Positions 51,965 through 61,197 of a DNA stretch of 64,000 nt are shown here, one piece after another. Below the pieces are notes generated by a model. It saw nothing but the letters and a program-made list of their open reading frames with translations, was not told the DNA's origin and did no database searches. Within the stretch, counting starts at the first letter, position 1; every line of letters begins with the position of its first letter. Location: positions 912 to 64,911 of the forward strand of contig JAKUQA010000006.1 of assembly GCA_022450525.1 (NCBI GenBank). Direction: 5' to 3'. The DNA comes from Dehalococcoidia bacterium. Its GTDB lineage: Bacteria; Chloroflexota; Dehalococcoidia; Lucifugimonadales; UBA6952. The position numbers and the translations under genes were made by a program.

Positions 51965-52142
51965 TTTCCCCACCTTTTCATATTTTTGAATGTGTTCATA
52001 GTACAGCGATATAGAAACTTGGTACAAGCATAAAAGTCGTTCTTATTTAATATATGAATAAAACTGATATTCAATCTTGTTATTCGCACGATAGATCAGC
52101 TATAATTTTATAGTTTTAATCAATAATATTGTGGAGAATAAA

Positions 52143-53558
52143 ATGAGTGATAACAAAAGAATAGAACGCGACTCAATGGGTGAAATGGAAGTCGATGCCG
52201 ATGCATACTACGGAGCTTCTACACAACGAGCAGTTCTCAATTTCCCAATTAGTACTTTAAGATTTTCAAAAGAATTTAATAGTAATTTGGCTTTAATTAA
52301 AAAAGTTGCGGCTGAAACCAATATTGAACTGGGATTACTAGATGAAAAATTAGGAAAAGCAATAATTTCTTCTGCAGATGAAGTTATCGAAGGTAAGTTT
52401 GAAGATCATTTTGTTGTAGATATTTTCCAAACAGGTTCGGGAACTTCTACAAATATGAATGCTAATGAAGTTATAGCAAATCGTTCTGCAGAAATACTTG
52501 GAGCAGAACGCGGCTCAAGAGGTTTAGTTCATCCAAATGATCATGTGAATATGGGGCAGTCATCCAATGATGTTATCCCTACAGCTATTCATATAACTGC
52601 TGCTGCAGTTATATCACATTCATTAATTCCTGCTTTAGAAAAATTATCTGCTGTCTTGAAAGAAAAAAGTATAGAATTTTACGATATTATAAAAACAGGA
52701 AGAACTCACTTGCAAGATGCAACTCCTATCCGTTTAGGACAAGAATTTGATGGATATGCAGGACAAGCAGACAGATCGATAAAACGATTACAACATGCTT
52801 TATCAGAATTATGCGAAGTAGCTATAGGAGGAACAGCAGTTGGTACAGGAGTAAACACTCATCCAGAATTTGCTAGTTTAATAAGTCAAAAGCTGAGTAA
52901 GTATTTAAATTTAGAAATTAGAGAAACGAGTAATCATTTTCAGTCTCAAAGTACGTTAGATAATATGGTTGAAGCAAGTGGGGTTACTAAAACTATTGCT
53001 GTTAGTTTATTGAAAATTGCAAATGATATACGTTGGTTAGGATCCGGACCTAGAGCAGGATTTGCTGAAATTTCTTTACCCGAAGTGCAACCGGGTAGTT
53101 CTATTATGCCTGGAAAAGTGAATCCAGTTATTCCAGAGTCAGTTTGTCAGGTAGCCGCTCAAGTAATTGGGAATGATGCATCAGTGACTATTGCTGGTCA
53201 GTCTGGTAACTTTGAAATAAATGTTATGATGCCAGTTGCAGCGTATAATTTAATCCAATCTGTTACTTTATTAGCTTCGGTTATTGATAATTTTGTTGAG
53301 CAATGCCTTCGTGGAATTAAATCAACATCCGCGGGTCCTGACATGGTTGAAAAGGGGTTGGCAATATGTACAGGATTAGTTCCTAGAATTGGCTATGATG
53401 CTTCTGCAAAAATTGCCAAAGAAGCAGAAAAAACAGGTAAAACAGTAAGAGAAGTTGCTAAAGAGCAGACAGATTTAACAGATGAAGAGCTTCAAGAACT
53501 GTTAGATCCTTTTAAAATGACTGAGCCAGGCATTACAGGAGCACCTTCTGGAGGATAA
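52143..53558 (+). CDS. fumC: Class II fumarate hydratase
   Basis: Start set at ATG 52143, behind GGAG. The track begins at GTG 52131. FQTGSGTSTNMNANEVIANR and the GSSIMPGKVNP signature are present. The N-terminal region is FumC-like rather than AspA-like. Confidence 0.85.
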   Translation: MSDNKRIERDSMGEMEVDADAYYGASTQRAVLNFPISTLRFSKEFNSNLALIKKVAAETNIELGLLDEKLGKAIISSADEVIEGKFEDHFVVDIFQTGSGTSTNMNANEVIANRSAEILGAERGSRGLVHPNDHVNMGQSSNDVIPTAIHITAAAVISHSLIPALEKLSAVLKEKSIEFYDIIKTGRTHLQDATPIRLGQEFDGYAGQADRSIKRLQHALSELCEVAIGGTAVGTGVNTHPEFASLISQKLSKYLNLEIRETSNHFQSQSTLDNMVEASGVTKTIAVSLLKIANDIRWLGSGPRAGFAEISLPEVQPGSSIMPGKVNPVIPESVCQVAAQVIGNDASVTIAGQSGNFEINVMMPVAAYNLIQSVTLLASVIDNFVEQCLRGIKSTSAGPDMVEKGLAICTGLVPRIGYDASAKIAKEAEKTGKTVREVAKEQTDLTDEELQELLDPFKMTEPGITGAPSGG

Positions 53559-53569
53559 TTAAACCTATT

Positions 53570-53857
53570 TCAATTCAAAGAAATTAAATTTATTGGACTG
53601 GTGTAAAATATTATAAAATTAATAATAAACCAGGATAATATAACCACAAATTGATATCTTGTTTTAATTCTTTGTTTTATTTGAATACCAATGATTGGTA
53701 TAGCTATAAGTAATGGCCACATAATTGGTAGGTAAAAAAATAATTTAGGAAAAGAGTATATTCCGAGTAAAACTATTAATGAAAATCCGATTAATAATTG
53801 ATCTTTAATCGGTGGAAGATATTCTTTCCAATTATATAAATTCATCCATTTATTCAT
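53570..53857 (-). CDS. Small membrane protein (about 3 TM), translationally coupled to ftsH
   Basis: 95 aa, strongly hydrophobic. Its ATG overlaps the ftsH 3' end by 8 nt. No recognisable family. Confidence 0.4.
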   Translation of the reverse strand: MNKWMNLYNWKEYLPPIKDQLLIGFSLIVLLGIYSFPKLFFYLPIMWPLLIAIPIIGIQIKQRIKTRYQFVVILSWFIINFIIFYTSPINLISLN

Positions 53858-55697
53858 TTGGCTGATGCGTTACCTCAGATTCAATTGGAGGAGCTTCAGA
53901 GTCTAGTAATGTTATTAATTCTTCACCCTCAACTGTTTCGTGAGTTAATAAATGTCTTGCTAATTGAACCAACTTTGCTCGATTCTTACTTATCATACTA
54001 TGTGCAAGGTCATAAGCTTCTGTAACTAGAGATTTTACTTCTTCATCTATTTGTTGAGCAATGTTATCACTGTAGTCTCTTTGTTCACTTATTTGTCTAC
54101 CTAAAAACACCATTTCTTCTCTTTCACCAAATGTTCTTGGACCAAGATTTTCGCTCATTCCATAGCGAACAACCATATTTCGAGCCATTCTTGTTGCGTT
54201 TTCAAGGTCATTGCTAGCCCCAGTAGTAATTTTCTCGAATATGATCTGTTCAGCAACTCTACCACCCATAGCCATTGCCATCATGCTTTTAAACTGATCT
54301 AAACTATACATATGGCGATCTTCAGCAGGTATAGATTTAGTGTAACCTCCAGCCATTCCTCGAGAAACTATGGATACTTTTTGAACTGGATCGCAATCTG
54401 GTAGCAAATGTCCAACAATTGTATGTCCAGCTTCATGATAAGCTGTAATCTCGCGCTCTAAATGACTAATGATTCTACTTTTTCTTTCAGGTCCAAGTAG
54501 AACTCTATCGATAGATTCGCCAAATTCATCAAATGTGATCGATGTTTTTTTTCGCCTTGCAGCTAAAATTGCAGCTTCGTTAACTAAGTTGGCTAAATCA
54601 GCTCCACTAAACCCTGGTGTTTCTTTTGCTACGACTTCAAGATTTACATTATTGTCAATTGGTTTGCCTTGGGAGTGAACTTTTAATATTGCTTGTCTAC
54701 CAGCGATATCTGGTAAATCTAAAGTAACACGACGATCAAATCTACCAGGTCGTAATAAAGCAGGATCTAGGATATCAGGTCTATTTGTAGCTGCGATTAC
54801 GATTACATTACTGGTAGAATCAAATCCATCGATTTCAACGAGAATTTGATTTAATGTTTGTTCTCTTTCGTCATGGCCTCCACCTAAGCCAGCTCCTCGA
54901 TGTCGTCCAACGGCATCAATTTCATCAACAAACACTATGGCAGGTGAATTTTTTTTTGCTTGATCAAATAAATCTCTTACTCTTGCTGCACCAACTCCAA
55001 CAAACATTTCGACAAATTCACTACCACTTATTGAAAAGAAAGGGACACCAGCTTCTCCTGCGACTGCTTTAGCTAAAAGAGTTTTTCCTGTTCCTGGAGG
55101 TCCAACTAATAGTACTCCTCGAGGAATTTTTGCACCGAGTGATAAGAATCTTTCGGCATGTTTCAAAAACTCAACAACTTCTTCTAATTCGAGTTTGGCT
55201 TCATCTGCACCAGCAACATCCCCAAACGTGACTCCTGGTTTATTACCCAGAGAAACACGGGCTCGGCTTCGTCCGAAACTCATAGCCTGAGAACCTGTTC
55301 CTTGTGCTTGACGCATCATGAATAAGAGAATTGCACCGAAAAATATGAGTGGAAGAAAGTTTATTATGATACCTAGAAAATTAGAGACGCCACTCGCACC
55401 TTTGACTGTTATTTTTACTGTATTTGTGACTCCAGCATTTTGTAGAATATCTACCATACTAGAATCAGATTCTTTTCGTGATGTAAATTTTTGAGGAGGG
55501 TAGTCGTTAGTAGTTACCGTAAGATTATTTCCATCTACCGTTATATTTTCAATTCTATCATCCTGAGCTAAGGAAATTACTTCTGTAATAGCTATTTCAG
55601 ATGAGGATTGATTCGATACCATAAGGTAAAAAACACCAATCACTATGAGCGCTATTCCTAAATATGCTCCAGTATTTTTGAGAAAACCTGATCCCAT
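53850..55697 (-). CDS. ftsH: ATP-dependent zinc metalloprotease FtsH
   Basis: 615 aa. Two TM segments, Walker A GPPGTGKT, Walker [12 protein letters not shown] region, HEAGH zinc motif. Confidence 0.96.
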   Translation of the reverse strand: MGSGFLKNTGAYLGIALIVIGVFYLMVSNQSSSEIAITEVISLAQDDRIENITVDGNNLTVTTNDYPPQKFTSRKESDSSMVDILQNAGVTNTVKITVKGASGVSNFLGIIINFLPLIFFGAILLFMMRQAQGTGSQAMSFGRSRARVSLGNKPGVTFGDVAGADEAKLELEEVVEFLKHAERFLSLGAKIPRGVLLVGPPGTGKTLLAKAVAGEAGVPFFSISGSEFVEMFVGVGAARVRDLFDQAKKNSPAIVFVDEIDAVGRHRGAGLGGGHDEREQTLNQILVEIDGFDSTSNVIVIAATNRPDILDPALLRPGRFDRRVTLDLPDIAGRQAILKVHSQGKPIDNNVNLEVVAKETPGFSGADLANLVNEAAILAARRKKTSITFDEFGESIDRVLLGPERKSRIISHLEREITAYHEAGHTIVGHLLPDCDPVQKVSIVSRGMAGGYTKSIPAEDRHMYSLDQFKSMMAMAMGGRVAEQIIFEKITTGASNDLENATRMARNMVVRYGMSENLGPRTFGEREEMVFLGRQISEQRDYSDNIAQQIDEEVKSLVTEAYDLAHSMISKNRAKLVQLARHLLTHETVEGEELITLLDSEAPPIESEVTHQPNE

Positions 55698-55897
55698 TTA
55701 TGCTCCCATTCTTTTGAAAAAAGTTAAATACACCAATTAGTGCCATATTTTCAGGATTAGTGTATAATCATATTTTATACTATGTAATAGTTAAAATAAA
55801 GTGAGAAGCATTCTATTCCTAAACTTAACTAATTTCAATTGATTCAAATTTTATTTTAACATTAGTATATATATATTGTGACTGGAGGGTTTATATT

Positions 55898-56710
55898 TTG
55901 GGTGAGGGTTCAAATAATACTTTACAAGCCGTAATGTTTGATTATTTACAATCACAGAAAAGTGGAACAGTAGCTGAATCTGAGAATGCTATGGGACTTC
56001 TTTTACGATGGTTTGGTGAGGATAGGGATATTACTACATTAAGTCCAGTTGAAATAGAAGAATACTGCTCAAGCATAAATGATAATAATGTAGATTCTAG
56101 CGCCAGTATGAAAAGTTTAAAGAAGTTTTTTTCTACGTTATATAAAAATGAAACAATTGCTTTAGATTTGTCTCGATATATAAAAATTCGCAAAAGAAAG
56201 ACAACCATTACTTCTTCTGGGCAAAGTCATGAAGAACAGTTTGATATGTTGACTCAAGAAGGCTGGAACAAATTAGAAGAAGAAGTAGAGGATTTAAAGC
56301 TAAGACGTGAAGATATTTCAGAGGATATACGAAAAGCTGCAGCAACAGGAGACTTCAGCGAAAATGCTCCCTTAGATGCTGCACGAGAAGCACAAGGAAA
56401 AAATGAAGGTAGGATTCGAGAAATAGAAGAAACTTTAAAAAAATCTCGAGTAATGGATTCTAAAAGCATAAAAAGAAGAGGAAAATCAGCTGCATTTGTT
56501 GGTTCTACTATCGTTCTAAAAAACAGGACTACAAACAAACAAAATTCATATATGTTAGTTGAATCTAGTGAATCTAATCCTAAGGAAGGGAAACTATCTA
56601 TTCAATCTCCAATTGGAAGAGCTGTATATGGCATGTCAGCTGGTTCTGAGGTAGAAATTCAGCTTCCTAATGGAGAAGCTAACTTATTTTATTTATCAAG
56701 TATCAAATAA
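55898..56710 (+). CDS. greA: GreA-type transcript cleavage factor with N-terminal extension of about 115 aa
   Basis: 270 aa. Residues from about 116 on carry MLTQEGWNKLEEEVEDLK...GDFSENAPLDAAREAQ (coiled-coil tip with the conserved acidic D..E) and C-terminal SIQSPIGRAVYG (FKBP-like domain). The N-terminal region has no Gre counterpart. TTG start behind GGAGGG. Confidence 0.7.
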   Translation: MGEGSNNTLQAVMFDYLQSQKSGTVAESENAMGLLLRWFGEDRDITTLSPVEIEEYCSSINDNNVDSSASMKSLKKFFSTLYKNETIALDLSRYIKIRKRKTTITSSGQSHEEQFDMLTQEGWNKLEEEVEDLKLRREDISEDIRKAAATGDFSENAPLDAAREAQGKNEGRIREIEETLKKSRVMDSKSIKRRGKSAAFVGSTIVLKNRTTNKQNSYMLVESSESNPKEGKLSIQSPIGRAVYGMSAGSEVEIQLPNGEANLFYLSSIK

Positions 56711-56719
56711 ATTTATTGT

Positions 56720-57781
56720 ATGAATACGTATTCTATTGCAGTCATACCAGGAGATGGTATAGGTTCTGAAGTAATTGATGAAGGGATCAAAGTTCTTAAA
56801 TTATTAGAAGAACAAGAAGAGGTCACTTTTCAGTTTGAATATTTCGATTGGGGTTCTGATTATTATCGTGCAAATGGGTTGATGATGCCTGAGAGCGGTT
56901 TAGAATCTCTAAAGAATTTTGATGCAATATATTTTGGAGCAGTAGGTGATCCCGAAATTCCTGATCATATAACTTTAAATGGTTTGTTAATACCCATGAG
57001 AAAAGGTTTAGATCAATACGTATGCCTTAGACCGAATATTTTGTTCCCAGGTGTTGTCTCGCCACTTGTAAACCCCAATGTGGATTTAGTCGTGGTAAGA
57101 GAAAATACTGAAGGAGAATATGCCTCAGTGGGTGGGAATTTTAAACCAGATACCGAGGATGAAGTTGCAATCCAGACTGCAATCTTTACCAGAAAAGGAA
57201 CTGAACGAATAATTAGATATGCTTTCGAGGTTGCAATTTCAAGATCTAAAACCCCTAAGTTAACTTCTGTGACTAAATCTAATGCACAAAGATATGGTAT
57301 GGTTTTTTGGGATAAGGTATTTCAAGAAGTTGCATCAGAATATCCAAATGTTGAAACAGAATCGTTGTTGGTTGATGCCGCATGTATGGATTTGATACGT
57401 AGACCATCAGAGTTTGATGTAATTGTTGGTAGTAATTTATTCGGGGATATTTTATCCGATATAGCTGCTGTAATTACTGGTAGTATGGGTTTAGCTCCTA
57501 GTGCAAATATTAACCCAGAAAAACAGTTTCCTTCCCTATTTGAACCAGTACACGGAAGTGCACCTGATATTGTGGGTAAAAATATATCAAATCCTATAGC
57601 TGCTGTATTATCTGCAGGTATGATGCTTAGGCATTTAGGTGAATCAGAATTAGATGAAAAAATAATTAGATCAGTCTACCAGCTCATTGAAGATAAAAAA
57701 GTGTTAACTCCTGATCTTGGAGGAACAGCATCTACACAACAATTAGGTGATGAATTAGTTTCAATTTTATCTAGAATTTAA
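56720..57781 (+). CDS. Isocitrate/isopropylmalate dehydrogenase-family enzyme (tartrate / D-malate dehydrogenase-like)
   Basis: 353 aa. YSIAVIPGDGIGSEV start, VRENTEGEY, NLFGDILSD, HGSAPDI motifs. The size and N-terminus resemble TtuC-type enzymes. Confidence 0.75.
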   Translation: MNTYSIAVIPGDGIGSEVIDEGIKVLKLLEEQEEVTFQFEYFDWGSDYYRANGLMMPESGLESLKNFDAIYFGAVGDPEIPDHITLNGLLIPMRKGLDQYVCLRPNILFPGVVSPLVNPNVDLVVVRENTEGEYASVGGNFKPDTEDEVAIQTAIFTRKGTERIIRYAFEVAISRSKTPKLTSVTKSNAQRYGMVFWDKVFQEVASEYPNVETESLLVDAACMDLIRRPSEFDVIVGSNLFGDILSDIAAVITGSMGLAPSANINPEKQFPSLFEPVHGSAPDIVGKNISNPIAAVLSAGMMLRHLGESELDEKIIRSVYQLIEDKKVLTPDLGGTASTQQLGDELVSILSRI

Positions 57782-60343
57782 CAATGACTCAATTTCATCA
57801 ATATGGTGCTCAAGCCAGGCAACATTTGCATCTATTCTTTCCAAGGATTGTTGAAGAGTCCTATAAGCCGATTCAATCGGGTGATCATTAAAAAATCCTT
57901 GAACATTATCATAATCTGATTTTGTAAGTAAATTTCCAGTAATCCCGACAAGTCGCATCATTGCAAATCCACCAGATCCATATCTCTCGTCTAAAAGGGC
58001 CCAGTTTGATTTGATAAAGTCCCATGTAGCTTCTGCGCCGTTATTTCTATTAACTGACATGAGTGATAACAAGGAAACAGTATCTTGTGTTCTAATTTCA
58101 TCACTTATACTCAGTTGCAATGTTTTATTGAATAACTCATCATTTTCAACTCTACATAGAGAGGCATACAACCGTAGCTTTTCTTCTTGTAATTGTTCTT
58201 TTCTAGCTCTATCTAAGATTAGATTATAAATACTTTTATCTCCTGTTTGCGCAGATAAATTATATACAATAGAACGTAGCTCTGGAGCTAAAGAAATTTT
58301 ATCAGAGAAAAACTGTTCTAATAATTCTAATGATTTGTTAATGGTATCTCCATCTCCAAAACTTCCAAGAGAAGAGAGAATAGTTGTGCGCAATAAGGAT
58401 TCTAAGTGCCCTTCATTTGGGCTTACTTCCCATCCGAGTTTTTCTCCGATTGGTTTTAGGGTTTCAACGCACATATTTTTATAGATTTTTCCCAATTCAG
58501 TTTTTCTCAGAAGTAAATCTATAGATCTCATGTTATTAGTTAAATCACTCCAAACTCCAAAATCTTTTTCGTTGTTATAGGACTTAATTAATTCTAAAAA
58601 CACAGTCGCACTAATTTTACGTGCTTTTGCTAGGGCATAAGCATCAGATTGTATAGATAATCGGTCTGTTGGTTTTAATAATTGTTTATTTATTAATTCA
58701 GATAAGTTTTTCCAGTGTTCTTTAGGGTAGTTAACTCTATAGAAACCAGCAGTATCATAATTTACTTTCATAAAACCATTGTTTGTATCAGCTGCGGCAT
58801 CAATGGTAGTTGAATTTGAATCAAGTATAAAAGAGTCTACTTTATCCATATTTTTCCCACTTACAATTGATATTGGTACTAACCATGTATCTGGTAAATT
58901 GGTTTTATTTGAATAGAGAAATCGTTCTTGATTTAAACTCAATCTAGAATCTGATTCCCATGTAATATTTATCACAGGATATCCAGTTTGTTTTGTCCAG
59001 CTTTCCATCATTGGAATAATTTCGGTTTCTGAAGCTTCTTGAATGCATTCCCATAAATTATTTCCTTCAGCATTAGAGTATTTGTATAATTGCATATATT
59101 GTCTTAAGCCATCTCGAAACTTGTCTTCGCCGACATATGTTTCTAGCATACGTATTATAGACGCACCTTTGCTGTAACTTATTGCATCGAATAATTGGTT
59201 TATTTCTGAAGGGTTATTTACTGCTTGAACAATTGGGTGAGAATTTTCCAAGCCATCTAAAGATAAGCCAGAGTTATAATCTGTATAGATAAATTGAGTC
59301 CACATGTTCCATTCAGGGAATAAGTGATCAATTGCTTTTGTAGCCATCCAGGATGCAAAGCTTTCATTGAGCCATAAATCATTCCACCATTTCATTGTTA
59401 CCAAGTCTCCGAACCACATATGTGCCATTTCGTGAGCTACAATTTCAGCTATTCTTTGCTTAGTTGCAGGTGCAGAGTTTTTTTCGTCAAATAGCAATGC
59501 TACCTCTCTGTAGGTAATTGCACCCCAATTTTCCATAGCACCAGCTGCAAAATCAGGGATCGCCAAATGATCAAGTTTAGGTAAAGGATAATCAATTTGG
59601 AAATATTCGTTGTAATATTTGAGTAAATCTTTAGCAACTTGAAGTGCAAATTCTCCATGTATCACATTATGTTTTGTTGCCCATATATTAATTTCAACGT
59701 TATTTTCAGCAATAGTTGTACATTTATCAAGATCACCAATGATAAAGGCTAGAAGGTAGGTGGACATAATAGGTGTTTTATCGAAATATACTTTCTTGTA
59801 GTTATTTTCTGAAACTTCTTCTTTAGTAATTGGCATGTTTGAAATAGCTTCCATTTCTTTTGGTACACTTAACATTATTTCAAATGTGCTCTTGATTTCT
59901 GGTTCGTCCCAACAAGGAAAAGCTCTTCTAGCATCAGTTGGCTCAAATTGAGTACAAGCCATAATTTTCTGATTCCCATTTTCGTCTTCATATGAACTAC
60001 GATAAAATCCATGCAATCTATCATTCAAAACCCCTGTAAACTCAACAGACAGTACGGCGTTTGATTCATTGATAGTATTCTCAAAACTTATTGTTACTTG
60101 TTCTTTTTCTTCGTTATATTCGAAGTTGTTAGAAGACAATATGCCTGAATCTGTAGAAATAGATGAATTTATCAAATCTAATTCAATTGCATTCATAGTA
60201 ATTTGATTAGTAGGCTCGAATATTGATAATTCTATGATTACTTTGCCACTAAAGGTCATACTATTAAAGTTAGGTGTGAGAGATAAATTATAATTATTAG
60301 GTTTTATTTTATTCGATAGTTGGTATTCATTAGTAGTAGTCAT
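57767..60343 (-). CDS. pepN: M1-family aminopeptidase N
   Basis: 858 aa. GAMENWG exopeptidase motif and HEMAHMWFGDLVT...WLNESFA zinc site, with a long ERAP1-like C-terminal domain. Confidence 0.92.
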   Translation of the reverse strand: MTTTNEYQLSNKIKPNNYNLSLTPNFNSMTFSGKVIIELSIFEPTNQITMNAIELDLINSSISTDSGILSSNNFEYNEEKEQVTISFENTINESNAVLSVEFTGVLNDRLHGFYRSSYEDENGNQKIMACTQFEPTDARRAFPCWDEPEIKSTFEIMLSVPKEMEAISNMPITKEEVSENNYKKVYFDKTPIMSTYLLAFIIGDLDKCTTIAENNVEINIWATKHNVIHGEFALQVAKDLLKYYNEYFQIDYPLPKLDHLAIPDFAAGAMENWGAITYREVALLFDEKNSAPATKQRIAEIVAHEMAHMWFGDLVTMKWWNDLWLNESFASWMATKAIDHLFPEWNMWTQFIYTDYNSGLSLDGLENSHPIVQAVNNPSEINQLFDAISYSKGASIIRMLETYVGEDKFRDGLRQYMQLYKYSNAEGNNLWECIQEASETEIIPMMESWTKQTGYPVINITWESDSRLSLNQERFLYSNKTNLPDTWLVPISIVSGKNMDKVDSFILDSNSTTIDAAADTNNGFMKVNYDTAGFYRVNYPKEHWKNLSELINKQLLKPTDRLSIQSDAYALAKARKISATVFLELIKSYNNEKDFGVWSDLTNNMRSIDLLLRKTELGKIYKNMCVETLKPIGEKLGWEVSPNEGHLESLLRTTILSSLGSFGDGDTINKSLELLEQFFSDKISLAPELRSIVYNLSAQTGDKSIYNLILDRARKEQLQEEKLRLYASLCRVENDELFNKTLQLSISDEIRTQDTVSLLSLMSVNRNNGAEATWDFIKSNWALLDERYGSGGFAMMRLVGITGNLLTKSDYDNVQGFFNDHPIESAYRTLQQSLERIDANVAWLEHHIDEIESLLNSR

Positions 60344-60367
60344 TTTTTTCCTTTTAATTTATTTATT

Positions 60368-61060
60368 CTATCGAGATATGACCAATTTATAGCCTTGACC
60401 TCTTTCGGTGACTATAATTTTTGGTTTTGTTGGATCTCGCTCTATTTTTTGTCTGAGATGCTGAATATGTATTTTAGGTAAATATTTTGTATCGAGGTAT
60501 TGTTGTCCCCATACTTTATCTAAGAGTTGTTCACTAGAGATGGGACGTCCAAGATTTTTAATCAGGTGGAAAAGGATATTATACTCAATAGAGGTCAATT
60601 TTGCTTGTTTTCCTCGAACTTTAACTTCTTTTGAATCAAACTCAACTGTTAGATCTTTTGTTTCAAAAGGAGTATCATTTTGGGCTAATGGAAGTGTTCG
60701 ACTTCTTCTTATAACTGCTTGGATTCTTGCTAAAAACTGTATATAACTGAATGGCTTGATAATCCAGTCATCTGCTCCCCATTCGAGTCCTTTTACAACA
60801 CTCCTGTCATCAGAATTATTTGAAAGCATGATAATTGGAACTTCGGAAAAGTATCTAATTTCTTTGCATAAGTAAAAGCCATTTTCTTCTTTTGGGGCAA
60901 GATCAATGATAACAAGATCTGGAAGTGTGTTTTTTATAAGTCTAACTGTGTCTTCTTGAGCAGTAGTTAGAGTAACTATTGCCTCAGGCCATCTAGTTTT
61001 AATGCATGTAGATATTTCTTCTGGGTCTTCTGAATGCCCATCTACGATTATTACTTTCAT
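60368..61060 (-). CDS. OmpR/PhoB-family response regulator
   Basis: 230 aa. Receiver domain (LVIIDL phospho-Asp region, IIKPF Lys) plus winged-helix output (LTSIEYNILFHL..., VTERGQGYKL). No histidine kinase gene is adjacent. Confidence 0.85.
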   Translation of the reverse strand: MKVIIVDGHSEDPEEISTCIKTRWPEAIVTLTTAQEDTVRLIKNTLPDLVIIDLAPKEENGFYLCKEIRYFSEVPIIMLSNNSDDRSVVKGLEWGADDWIIKPFSYIQFLARIQAVIRRSRTLPLAQNDTPFETKDLTVEFDSKEVKVRGKQAKLTSIEYNILFHLIKNLGRPISSEQLLDKVWGQQYLDTKYLPKIHIQHLRQKIERDPTKPKIIVTERGQGYKLVISR

Positions 61061-61197
61061 TTGTTAAATATCCCAAAATTTACTTAAATTACCAAGAATA
61101 ATTGCAGCTTTAGTTGCGACAGTGGAAATAGAGTATATCATATACTGAGCAAAGGTTCCAAATCATGGTACAATTGCCTCTCTAGTGAATTAAATAT

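Noticed and set aside
51965-52027. 21-codon N-terminal extension of the amidohydrolase-like ORF (MYQVSISLYYEHIQKYEKVGK).
   Set aside because: The internal ATG at 51962-64 is preceded by AAGGTGGGG. The extension would consume the divergent promoter region shared with fumC. This is uncertain, so the confidence on the start is only moderate.
52077-52106. TTGTTA-18 nt-TATAAT promoter-like match upstream of fumC. Also an isolated TTGACA at 32255-60 upstream of the riboswitch-like leader.
   Set aside because: TATAAT-like hexamers are frequent in DNA of about 33% GC. The 32255 site has no convincing -10 at 17-18 nt. The evidence is not strong enough to list either as a feature.
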